Shown one piece after another: positions 1 to 12,000 of a DNA stretch of 64,000 nt. Position numbers and translations under genes: made by a program. Position 1 is the stretch's first letter, and each line of letters starts with the position of its first letter. Location: positions 4,414 to 68,413 of the forward strand of contig QNCM01000002.1 of NCBI GenBank assembly GCA_003644505.1, written 5' to 3'. This DNA comes from Candidatus Makaraimicrobium thalassicum. GTDB taxonomy: Bacteria; Omnitrophota; Gorgyraeia; Tantalellales; Tantalellaceae. The notes below the pieces were generated by a model that did not search any database, was not told the origin of the DNA, and saw only the letters and a list, made by a program, of their open reading frames with translations.

Positions 1-3000
1 AGCATCTCTATGCTCTGGCAGGGAGTGGTATGGGCGGAACCTGATGCTTTTTCTAAACATACTCTCCAGCCCCAGACGTTATTTACCCGGCCCGGCCTGC
101 AGGACACCTTTCTCATGCTCGCGAGCGGCTATCTCGGGGTTTATCTCAACGGCATAGAAAACGATCCCCGCAACCAGAATGTCGCGAGGATAAGATCTCT
201 GGTCAATTCCGCATTAGCGCAAATACGGGATTCGGAAGATATCCCCCCTGAATTCAAGAAAACGATCCCGCATAACGTAAAATTGCGTCAGCAAAAATCC
301 GCGGTCATAATGGATATGGGTCAGTATAAGATCCGGTATTTTAACCACCGGATCCCCGGGAGCGAGATCCCTTCGACGGAAGAGTCCGGCATTTCTTATG
401 AGGTGCTCCAAACCTATGTCGGTCGGTATCTTTCCAGACAGATCCTTATTCAGAAAGCGTTGTCATCGCCGCCCCACTCTGATGTTTCAGGAAAAGCTGT
501 TGTTGGAACCACGCCTGAACCGGAGGAGATACCGGAGGAGATAGTTGAAACGGTTCAAGAACCGGAAGGGGACTTATCAAAAAGCCCTGAAGATTCGGAA
601 GCATTAAGAGAGATATCAGATAAAAAATGGAAGCGTGCGTTGCGCTGGAACGGTATTTATCTGGCATGTTATTGCTTTATCCAATTAGGAATTATTTTAT
701 CGGGCTGGGCTGGCGCTGAGATAGTTTCTCAGCCAGTCCTTGGATCCAGCGAGGGATATATCAGTGGAGCCTTGGCGCTTACTTCCCTTGGTCTATGGAT
801 GTGGGCGCGTTCTTATCACCCCTGGAGGGAAACTGCCGGGGTGACTCCTCAAATTCTGGTTGTGAGCGGGCCCTACAGGTATTTAAGGCATCCTGTTTAT
901 TCGGCGATGCTCATGATTTCGGCGAGTTGCAGTGTGTTTGTGTATGGTCAGCTCGGCATTATAGTGTCAGCTCCGCTGTTTGTTCTTAACGGCGTTGTTT
1001 TTGTATTATTCAACTCTCTCGCGCGTTCCGAAGAAGAAGAACTGACTGTCCGGTTCGGGGAAGAATATCGCCGGATCCTCCGGCGCACTTATAGCTGGCT
1101 GCCAAGGCTGTTTCCTCAGGCGCATCCGGGATCTGGCCCGTCGGCAGGGACGGGGTATTCCGAAAAAGACTTTATTTCTGATGATGAGAAGAAAGAGAGA
1201 GGGGCAGGGGAACAGCGGACAGGCCGGATCGAAAAATTTGATCTTGTATCCGGCCTGAAAGAACTTTCCGGATCGGTCGCAAATCTGTTACAGGAGAAAG
1301 AGCTCGTTGTTATTGCCATGACCGGTAATCGCGGGGCAGGGAAGACGACCGTTTCAAAGTTACTGGGACAGGGTTTTGCCGGCGCGCGCAAGGAAGAGAT
1401 ACTTGTTATAGAGCAGGATGCTATACACAACTTGCGGAAGATCGCGGAAGAGAGGCAGGAGGTATTTAATGACGGGGTCAAACGGGATGGGGCGGGAAAG
1501 AAGATAATAATCGTCGAAGGATTCTACGCTTCCGAGAATTTCGGTCCGAAAAGCGTCCTCAAAACTCCGGATGTGCTCGTAATTTTAGAGGCTGATGAAA
1601 AAATACGCCAGAGGCGGGTCGCCGAAAGAATAGGCAGCAAAGCGTGGCTGGCTCAGCTCGCTACAGTGATAATGGACGGCGATAAAGAACCCGTTTACCC
1701 CGAGGCTGAGTATCAATTGAACATAACAAACAATATACCACTGCAGATCATAAAGGATGATATTGAGAATGTCCTGAGGCCCGGGTGGGCAAAAAAGGAC
1801 GTTTCCGTTTCAGAGCCTGAGGACAGGTGGTACTCTATTTTTCCCAAGATATATAAAAAATTATCAGGATTGATACGAAGGAACCTGATGCCCCTGTATG
1901 CAGAGGCGGATTATGCCATAGAGTATCTGGAAAAATATGGCTGGTCTGTTCCCGCGTTCTCAAATCCGGCGTCTGTTTCTTCTGCTGAACATGGTCTTGT
2001 TTTATTATCCCTGGCCCTGTGCGCGGGCGCCATAAAGACGGTCGGCAGAAGGCCGCAGCTGGAGAAGGCGAGAAGGCTGTTAAATGAACAAAAATATGAC
2101 GAGGTCAAACAGATATGCGGCCGGCTCAGGGAACCCCTGAAAAGAAAGAAAAATAAAGAGGATTACGTGGAATGCCTTAATCTTCTGGGGTTCGCTTATA
2201 ACGGGAATAAAGAGTTTTCCAAAGCAGGCGAGATTTTTAAAGAAGCGATCGCAGAGGGGGTAAAGGCCCGCGTCGGACAGGCGACAATAAGTATTTTCTT
2301 CAGGCAAAACATATACAGTAAGGCGATGAGTCTCTTCTACGAGAAAGGGGACGTTCAGGGGGCTGTTTCAGTCCTGGAGCAGGGCAAAAAGGATATGCCT
2401 TACGATACTACATTGTCTTCCCTGCTGGGTGAGATGTATTACGAGGCGGGGGATATGGCTTCCGCGGAAGAGATACTCCTCAAAGTACTGGATGAGTTGC
2501 CCGAAGATGAGAAGGATCAGAGAGGGGTCGCTTATTACAGACTGGGGATGGTCTCCTTAGAAAACGGGGACGTTCGGCAGGCAGAGGAAAGGTTTTATCT
2601 GGCGCTTGAGAGGCGGCCTGATTCCGCTGACGTCTATCACATGCTGGGCTGGTGCGAGTCCATGCGGGGTGAGTATGAGGCGGCGAGAACGGAGTTCCAA
2701 AGAGCAAGGGAATTAGGTGTTTCAGCCGGGAGAACAGCACAGGGGTTTATGGTAGCCTGCATACAGGAGGAGAAATTCGGGGAGGCGATCGATGAATTAA
2801 GGCGGGCGCTGGAGGCCGACGCGGAAGATCCGAACATATACCGGTTACTACTTAATAATTTACCCGGGAAGGAAAGGTTAAAACAGGCTTTTGGCGTGAT
2901 TTTTTCCCTTTCAGACAATGAACTGTTCAAAACAGCGATGAAAGGCCTGAAGGCGTATTATCAGAACCCGAAAACGGGGGAAGACATAACGGCCGTGTTA

Positions 3001-6000
3001 GCGGAGGTCCTGCGGGAGCTGCGGGGCTCTGCGGATGATGTTGTGGCTTCAAGGGCCTCTTCAGCCTGCGCGGAATTAGACGCGGGTTTATCCGACAGGC
3101 TTGCCATCCTGGCTATTGAGGCGGCGAATAAAGGGGATCTGGCCGCGGCTGAGAGGTACTTTGATAAAGCCGAAGGATCGGATCCGCGGAATGTCAATGT
3201 TCTTCATCCCCTCGGCGATTTTTTGATCAGCATAGAAAGATACGAAGAAGGTATCAAAAGGCTGGAACAGGCGAAGGGCCTTATAGAAGATGTCAATACG
3301 CCTTACGGCCTGGATCTGGTCCGTGACCTTAGAGACGCGTATGTCAGATACGAAAAGAACCTTCTGAAAAATGGGAAGATCATCCAGGCAGGCTCCTTGT
3401 TCAGGAAAGCCCTGATCACAGCTATAGAGATCGACAAAAGGAAGGACAAAGAAGGGGAAGATTCCAAAGAGTTGTATGAATTCCTGATAGATTTCGTGGC
3501 TACTCTGGAGGGGTCCCCTGAAGGAATAGAACAGGGGGTCGCTGTCTTGAAAGAATTACTGCCTATAGCGGCGGAAAAGAGTTTAAGCGCGGATCTGATC
3601 AATTTCGGACTGGGTAAACTCTATTATGAAAAAAGCAAAATGGAGGAAGTTTTCGGAAATCCGGAAACTCTCGTGCATCTGGACCAAGCGGTACAGGCTA
3701 CTGGTAAAAAGGATGAATACGCGGCACTGGCAGCCTTTCATATCCGACGCCAGCGGGGATATATCTACTTAAGCAGTTATGATTATCGCAGGGCTAAACA
3801 GGATTTCGACATATGCCTCCAGCAGCAGAAGGTTTCAGAGGAGATGATGGCGCCTGTCAGGATAGTCGCCAGTGTGATCGATGAAGCATCGGGGAATCAT
3901 TCAGGCGTTATTAAAAGACTGAACGACGTTGATGAAGACCTGATTCCGGCTTCTCACCAGGTTATTCTGAACAAACTCTTAGGTGATGCTTATTACGGGA
4001 TAGGTGATCTGGACCGGGCACTGAAGTTTTACCAGGAAGCGTTATCAAAAGAGAGGACCCTTTTCAACCCGGTTATCCGGGTACGTCTGGGCAGGGTGTA
4101 TCGGGATATAGGAGAACCGGAAAAAGCCGTGGAATCGTGCGAACTCGCGCTTAAAGAAGCCATGGAGGACATGGACATGGTCCCGGCTAAAGGCCGCGAA
4201 GACATAGAAAGCTGGATACAGAACCTGGGATCGAACAGGGACAGGATCCCTGTATTTAACATACAGCCGCTGAGTGAAGTTCTTATCTCCATGGGGGCCC
4301 TGGATGTTTTTTCGGAAAAAGAGATATCCGGCAAAAGCCTCTTTGATATGGGCGTTGAATTAGGCAGGCAAGAGGTGGAAGCGAGAAAAGCTTTCAGCAA
4401 TAAAGTGCCGGATGCGGATATAGATCTCTTTGCCGGCATTAGAAAGGAAGTGCTGCTGGCGCTGGCCGGTGAAGCGCTTCAGAGTGAAAATCACGCTTTC
4501 TGGGGAGAGATCATCGAGGCGCTCGGGAAAACCGGAGGCGAAGACATAGTGGATTATCTGCTGGATAAACTGGAGCTGCCTTTCCTGAAAGGGGAGAAAG
4601 GGTTGGAGCCCTTGCAGAACTTCCTTCGCGCCCTTCTCTGGACAAGGGAGAGCCGCGCCTGGGAGCAGGTTGACCGTGTAATGGCGGGGCAGGATAAAAG
4701 ATCAAGAAAAAAGATCGCCAAGGCTATCACCAGACTGAAGAAAGAGCTCGGCAGGGACGAGGAGAGATCAAGGAAAGCGGAGGAAGCGGAGAAGGCACGG
4801 AAAGCAAGAGAAGCGGAAGAAGCCGAGAGACTGAGGAAGGAAAGAGAAGAGAAAAAAGCGGAGAAGGCACGGGAGGCGAAGGAAAAGAAAGCCAGGCAGA
4901 AGGCTTATCGCGCGGTTCCGCCGGCTGTTATGGAGATACTGGGGCCAGAACAGGTAGACGCGATCATCGATGAAGCGATACAACAGGGTGAATCGGAAGA
5001 GACAGATGTAACTCTCACGATAATGGCAGTCGACGCGTTGTCAGACAGGTATATCAAATATCACCGTTTAATAGGGGAACAGCGGGATGAATTGGCAGAG
5101 AGATTGAGACGGGAACGTATATCATTGCCGGAGTTTCTAAGGACGTTGGATGACGAGGCGCCCGCTACCGGATGGAAACAGACAGTTGAGGTTTCAGCCG
5201 GGGAGTTATATCTGGTTGAGTTCGGTACCTGGAAAAAATATGAGGGTCTTGGGTCTGAGGGTTTTGAGCCGGAAGTAATTTTAGAGGTAAGGAGCCCGGA
5301 GATAGACAGGGAATCTTTGAGCGCATATCAGGAACGTCTTAAAGAAGCCCTTGTTGAGAGCGGGATCTACCGGAGATGGAGCGAAGCTGAGCTCGAAACG
5401 CTGGGCGGCAATCTTTACCCCGGGACAGAGGAAGATCAGGGAGCTTACGACGACAGGTGGGATGGGATCATGGACTTTTTTGCGGGGCTGTTCACGGAGA
5501 TATCTACCGAAATTGAAGTCAAAGAAAAGGATACGCCGACTGCGCCGGAAAAAACCACCATGAAAGCGCCCGGTTCTTTATCAATGGATGAGGATCGGCG
5601 CATCGATAAACAATATATTACGGGGCTCGTCTCAAAGGCCACGGAGAGGACATGGGAAGTCAATATTCCGGCGGCGGCGGATTATATTAACCGGCACGCC
5701 CCGCCGCTCAAGACCGCGCATGTTGAACCCGGCGGCATACGGATATTTACCGTTGACAGCCTCGGGGATAAGCTGGGCATCCCGCGGTTCAAGGGCGCGG
5801 AAAAAGCGCCTGATCTTGTTTACGCGTACGGAGTATTTGATGAAGAGGAAGATGACCTGAAGATATACGCAACCGAAGCCTATTTTGATGCGCATTTAAA
5901 AGATGATATTTTAGCTCTGGCCGAGATCATAGACCATGAATATACGGAAAATGTTCTGGGCTATTCCCACCGCGCGGCAGCGTCACGTTCCCGCAAATTC

Positions 6001-9000
6001 GTTCCAGAAGGCGGTTTCTTGAGTCCTTTCCATTATTTTTATATCAACCGGATAATAGAAGAAGGCGATTATTTATTGGCGGGATCGCTGGTTCCGGAGA
6101 GGGATGCCTCCGATGATATCGTAGAGGCCAATAAAGGGGATAAAGATGCGGCCGGGAAAATACAGTCATACGAAAAGCTGTTTTTCAGTTACCTGCGTCT
6201 CCTGGAATGGCTTAGTAAAGCGGATAAAGAAAAAAATCATGACGTACTGGCCGAATACGCGCTAAGGGCTTATAAAATACTGGAAAGATATCCGGAGATA
6301 ATATTGACCGAAGGACAAAAAGAGATATATCAAAGGATATCTCCCGAAAGGTTTTACATCCATGAATATGAAAGCGCGAAAAAGGTATCCATGCCGTTAT
6401 CTGAATTCCCGTTCGACGAATTTGAACATTACGGTGAAAACACGGTATTTTTGGGGAGCAAATTCGGTTCAAGAGGCGGGCTGTATTGTAAAGGCAAAAA
6501 GAAGCCTCTTATACGCATAACTGAGCATCCCGGCAGAAAGATAGCTTTTAACCTCAAGAACGGGGATATTTACCGCATATGGATCCTGGATGACGGGGAT
6601 AACGTGATAGATTTCCGGCAGATGGGGCAGATATACGAGACTGACGGCAGGTTCCGGAAAAGGTTTTACTATAAAATCACGCGATCACAGTTCAACGAAC
6701 TGGGAGATTGTATCATAAAGGAACACCGGCTGGATGCGGCCGGCACCTTGCATATAGGCGGCAGGGTCGTGAGATTCGGCGCGTATTACGCTAATTGCAA
6801 AGTTGAAATAAAAGTCAGGTCAGGGCAGATAGACAGCGTATGGATATTCGATGAACACGGCCTGCCGGTTAAGAAAGCTGATTTTGTTCTTATATTTGAT
6901 TGTAACGGAATTTCAAAAGCTGGCACAAATCAGATCCCTCGATTCGCTTCGCTCACTCGGGATGACAGAAAGTTGTCATCCCGAGCGAGGGAGCCGGAGG
7001 CGACCGAGTCGAGAGATCTAAGTTCTAAAAGAGGTTGGTTAAAAGGTTCTTTTTACCGTAATCTTACCCGGAATGAGCTTGAGAAACTTGATAATGTGAC
7101 TTTAAAACGGCTCAGGTTGAATTCAAGAGGCGCACGCTATCTCGGCGGCAGCAAAGACCCTGTACCGTATTTTCCCCGGCATCCAAACGCGGAAGTAGAG
7201 ATAGATATGATACAGGGACATATAGATAAAGTCAGGATACTCGGCTCTGATGGAGAGGTTGTAGAAGAACATATCTTCAAGCTGGTGTATGACGAGGAAG
7301 GCAGGATAACATGTTCGTTCCATAAGGATATGGCCGAAGATGATTTTGAAAAGATAACAGGAAGGATCACAAGGTTAAAGACCGGTGGCGGCGGCCATCT
7401 TAGAGCCGGCACTGCGGCCCTGGGCACGTTTACCGGGCACAAAAATTGCCCGGCTGAAGCGGAAATCGAACGCGGTATTCCAAAGGTGATCAGGTTTTAT
7501 GAGGACATGGAAACCCGGAAACCGGCCGGCAAACCCGTGCGGTACAGCCTTATTTACGATGCCGGAGGCAGGCTCATAGATTCGTTCAGAAAACAATATT
7601 CAAAGGCGGCGGGAGAAAGATTAAAGAAAGCCACGGTAAAGGAATTTTATCTCAATAAGGGCGCGTCTCTGAAATTCGGCGAACGGTACTGGGCGACTTT
7701 TGACAGAAAGGAATACGGCGGGCGTAAGATCGAGTTTGACGTTACTGACGGTATAGTGACAGAGGTCCGGATATTTGACAGGCAGGGGGAGAACATAGAG
7801 AAGACGTGTCCTTTTTCGCTTGTATACGAGATCGGCGGAAAAGGAAAGGAAAAACTCGTTGATAGTTTCTGGACAGCTTACGGCCCGGAGAAATTCGAAA
7901 AACTGACAAACCATGTGATTAGAACTTTGAAACTCAGCAAATATGGGGCGCTTGATATCGGAGGCAGGGTAGGAAGGAATAAGAACATGCCCCGCGCGAA
8001 GTTTCCCGGTAACCCCGGCGCTGAAGTCGTTGTATATGTGAAAGAGGGCGAAGTTATAAGAGTGACCGATATTGCCGGAGATGAGTTGGAAGGAACGTAT
8101 TTTGGCAGGGATAAAACAGGCGCAAGTGGAGAGAGTAATCTTGACCGGCGTTACGGGCAAGGCCCCCTGGCAGCCGGGACTGTTGACCGGTCTGCTTACC
8201 GTATGCCTAAAAAACCGTTTGAGATACTCAAGGAAAAAATAAAAGAGGCTGTCTCTAAAGGAGAGATCCCCGATGGAGACCATGAACGGTTCTTAAGCCA
8301 CGGACTGGCATGGACGGACAAAGGGGCAAGGGTGCATTTTATAAGAAATTCTAAGATTTATACACTTGCCATGGAAGCCATGAACACGGGTTCAGGTGCG
8401 GGTGATCAAATAAAAGATTACCATGACCTGATGGGATACATCAATCTTTATTTAAGGACGAAATATATTATTAAAAGGTTTAGAAGGGAATATAAATATG
8501 ACATCGTAAAACAGGTAATATTACGGCTTAAGGATTATCCCCGGTATATCCGTCTTCTTGAGTTTTACCGGGATCAATACGGAAAATTCGCGGGTGAGGA
8601 CAGAAAAGGAGACGAAGAGGCTCTGCTTGAGGACATGATCAGCCGTTTTGTCGCAAGCAGGGCCCTGGGCGGAGGAGCGGTTGAACTTTTGGACGAAAAG
8701 GGCATGAACAGAAGCCTGGATGATTTTTGGCCGCTTGCTTCGTGTGTTATTAAGGATGGGCTGTGGATGTTTGAGAATGAGCTTGATAAGATCAAAGATA
8801 TAATTTTTAAGGAGAACGCACAACTTAAAGATGAATATAAAACGGCAAAAGAAAAGCAGGAACGGCTTAAAAAGCGGATATTCCAGCTCTTGAACGAAGC
8901 CTCTCCTACAGTGAAACAACTGATAGAGATCATACGTATTTTAGACCCGCAAGCCGAAGCCCGTTCAAGGGCACAAGAGGACGCATCCGCGTTTGAAGGA

Positions 9001-12000
9001 TACTTAAAAGAAGATATGGTAATTATAGCCGGATATTTAAGATCATCCGGCTACGACGTTCTTGACCAGGCTGTCCTGAAAAAGGCGTTTGTTTCTCTTA
9101 AAGGTAAGCTTATGGTGATAGACTCTTTTGATATGTTCGTAAGGGCCGTCGGAGGTCTTGACCGCAGAAATATGATCGATGCCGTTTTTGAGGGGAGCAT
9201 AAATTTTGAAAGCGCCCTTGTTTCCCATATGCGTGGTTTGAACGGAACAAGAAATATGGGAAGCAGGCTGAGGAGTTTGACTGCAGCCAGCGGCCTGTCT
9301 TCAGATCAGGCAGCGGAAGAGATCGGTTGTTCGCCTTCTACGATGCGTGCATGGAGAACTGATGAAAGTGACCCTTTACCCGGATATCCGCCTAAAATAG
9401 CGGACGTGTTCAGCAGGCGATTGGGCGAGCCGGTATCGACTTCACTGCTGGTATACGGCCAACCCCTGAACGATGTGTTGCAAAAGACGGCTACTTTTGG
9501 CGAACGGCTGTTCATACTGGCACGGCTTTCCGGCCTGGATGCGGATGAAACAGGCAAAATGATCGGACGTGACGGTCAGACTATAGGATCGTGGACGCGC
9601 GAGTTTAATACACCGCAGCAAGAACTGGATTATCTTAAATTAGCCGGGATATTCAGTAAACGTTTAAAAGAGAAGATCGAGGTTACGACCCTGATGTCCG
9701 GAATAAGCCTGGATGAATTTCTGTGCAGCGAGAAAGTAAAGGCTCCGAATGGCGGCGGGGAGATCCAGGTTACTCCGGGGCTCAGGATCAGGGTTTTAAG
9801 GTTGTCATGCGGCCTTACGACGACGGAGCTTGCCGAGAAGGCCGGTGTCCCGCACGGGACGAGAAGCCTGGTGAATAAATGGGAAAGAGAAGGAGTATTA
9901 CCCCGGGTAGATCGTTTATTAAAACTGAGCAGGATCTTTGGAAAAGTAAAAAAAGATATAGAGGTTACGCATATACTTTATGGGAAGTCTCTTGTCAAGT
10001 TTTTATCAAAGTCGGACAGTTTCGGGGAAAGGGTGGAATCCATAAGACTGGCTTTAGGATTGGAACTAAAGCAGATGGCGGAAGCGATGGGGATTCACCT
10101 TGCTACTTTACGTGTGTGGAGAAAAAGGGTGGATCCTCCCGCAAACGACAAGCCGATAACATTATTAGATGTGTATCACAGGGAAACCGGTAAATATCTG
10201 GATGGATGCCTGCTTTTTTACGGAAAGACCTTGAATACGCTTTTGGACGAACTTGACAGGTCAAAAGCTCCTGAGATCATCAAATATTTCAGGATCTCCG
10301 CGGGATTGAGCAGAAAAGAAGTAAGTGATAAATTAGGCGTTGATGAGAACACCGTATGGCAGTGGGAATCGGGGGTAACACTGCCTCATAGAAGCAACAT
10401 GGTTGCTTTAACCGGAATGTTCAAAGAACTTTTTGCCTCCAGGGATAATGGTATAAGCGTAAGGATAGTAGCTGAGCATCTTGTGCCGTTATTGTTAATT
10501 CCGCCTGGACATACTGATAGGGGCCCGGCGCTTTTTGTCGATCCGGCAACCGGGGACGTAAGAGCGTTGAAAGGGGAGCCCGATGCCCCCGGCATGATAT
10601 CAGAGCATAAAGCGATCAACCTGGTATGTGACGAACTGGTGTTCAAACGGCAGAGGCCGCCGCTGGCCGCGGGAGATCCCCTGTATGATTTTGTCAGTGA
10701 AGTCGCTCCTGAAACGGACATATATGTTATAGATGACGCCGCGCTCAAACAGGGATTAGAGAAACTTGCCAGAAAAAATAATCAGCCCGGCCTTGCCGGG
10801 CTCGCGGGAGGCCTTATAACCCATGCCGGCACCTGGCGTGACCCTGAGACGGGCCGGATCAGGGCCTTAAATATGTTTATCCCGGCATCCGTTTATGAGC
10901 TTCTGCTGGGATTCCTGCAAAGAAGGCACCTGATGGAACAGGTCGTCCCGTTACTTGGGTTCTGGAGAGCTCACGAAATAGGGCATCTTATAGACCGCGA
11001 ATACGATCTTGACGATGAGCTGCCCGAAGGTGCAGAAGACATGGCAAGGCTCATACTTCTATTGAGTAAAGCACAATGGGCTATGGAAAAGGGCAGGCTG
11101 AAGCAGGCACAGAAATATGCGGATACAGCCCTGGAGCTTCACCCCGGGTTCGATTTCACGCTTGATCTACGGTTGCGTATAGAGGAGAGCGGCTACGGGA
11201 TGTCAGGCGTTAGAGTGAGCATGATGGCCGTTCTAGACGCAAATATGCGGGATAAAGCGATGATAATAAGGCGCCATCCACCGGAAGATAATGTCCTGGA
11301 TACACTCGCGGGTAAGGCAGGAAAGGATTCAAAACGTCTTTCCCAGGTTATACAGGTCATATTGCAGCAAGCATTCGAAACGATCAAGAGGGGTGGTCCG
11401 GCTCTGGCGGAGTTTTTAGATGATCTGAAGATAAGAGGAGCCGGGATAGAGCAGGGTTTGTCGGATCCGGAAGAAGAGATCGCATTAGAGAGGGGTATAG
11501 CAGAGGGGGGAATGCAGGATATCGGGGATTATGTTGTCCTGCCTGTTGTGTGCAGGTATATAACACGCGCGCTGGAACAGAGTCCGAAACTGACATGGCA
11601 GATGAGCGTTGTCGAGAAATTGATGGATCTGGCAGGGAAAGGAAGAATAGGAAGTAAAACAGAAGTCTATCATGAGGAATCCGGGTACCGCACCAGTCTC
11701 CTATCCTATATATATTATCTCGGAGCGCGGGCGTACATGGCCGCGAACCTTAACAAGGCAGTGATGTACTTCGAAAAATCGACGCAGCAGGACAGGCCTA
11801 TGCCCGTATCATTTACAGGGCTTGCTCTTTCCCTCGTTGAGAGCGACAGGACAGAGGGGTCTTTTGAACGGGCGTATCAGGTGTTGGGCCAGGCCAGGGA
11901 CAATTTCGGAGATCTGGCTGTTATCGCTGAGGCAGAGGGTATCCTGCACGCGGAGCAGGAAAAGACGGCCCTGGCGTTGAGAGAAGCGCGTGAACTCTTT

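Noticed and set aside
10-12. ATG at position 10 as the true start of the giant ORF
   Set aside because: The frame is open to base 1 and the peptide looks like the end of a signal sequence lacking its basic n-region; it cannot be resolved within the window
4740-4910. EEAEKARKARE-type repeats as a TolA or IF2-like gene fragment
   Set aside because: Generic low-complexity charged helix; not diagnostic of any family
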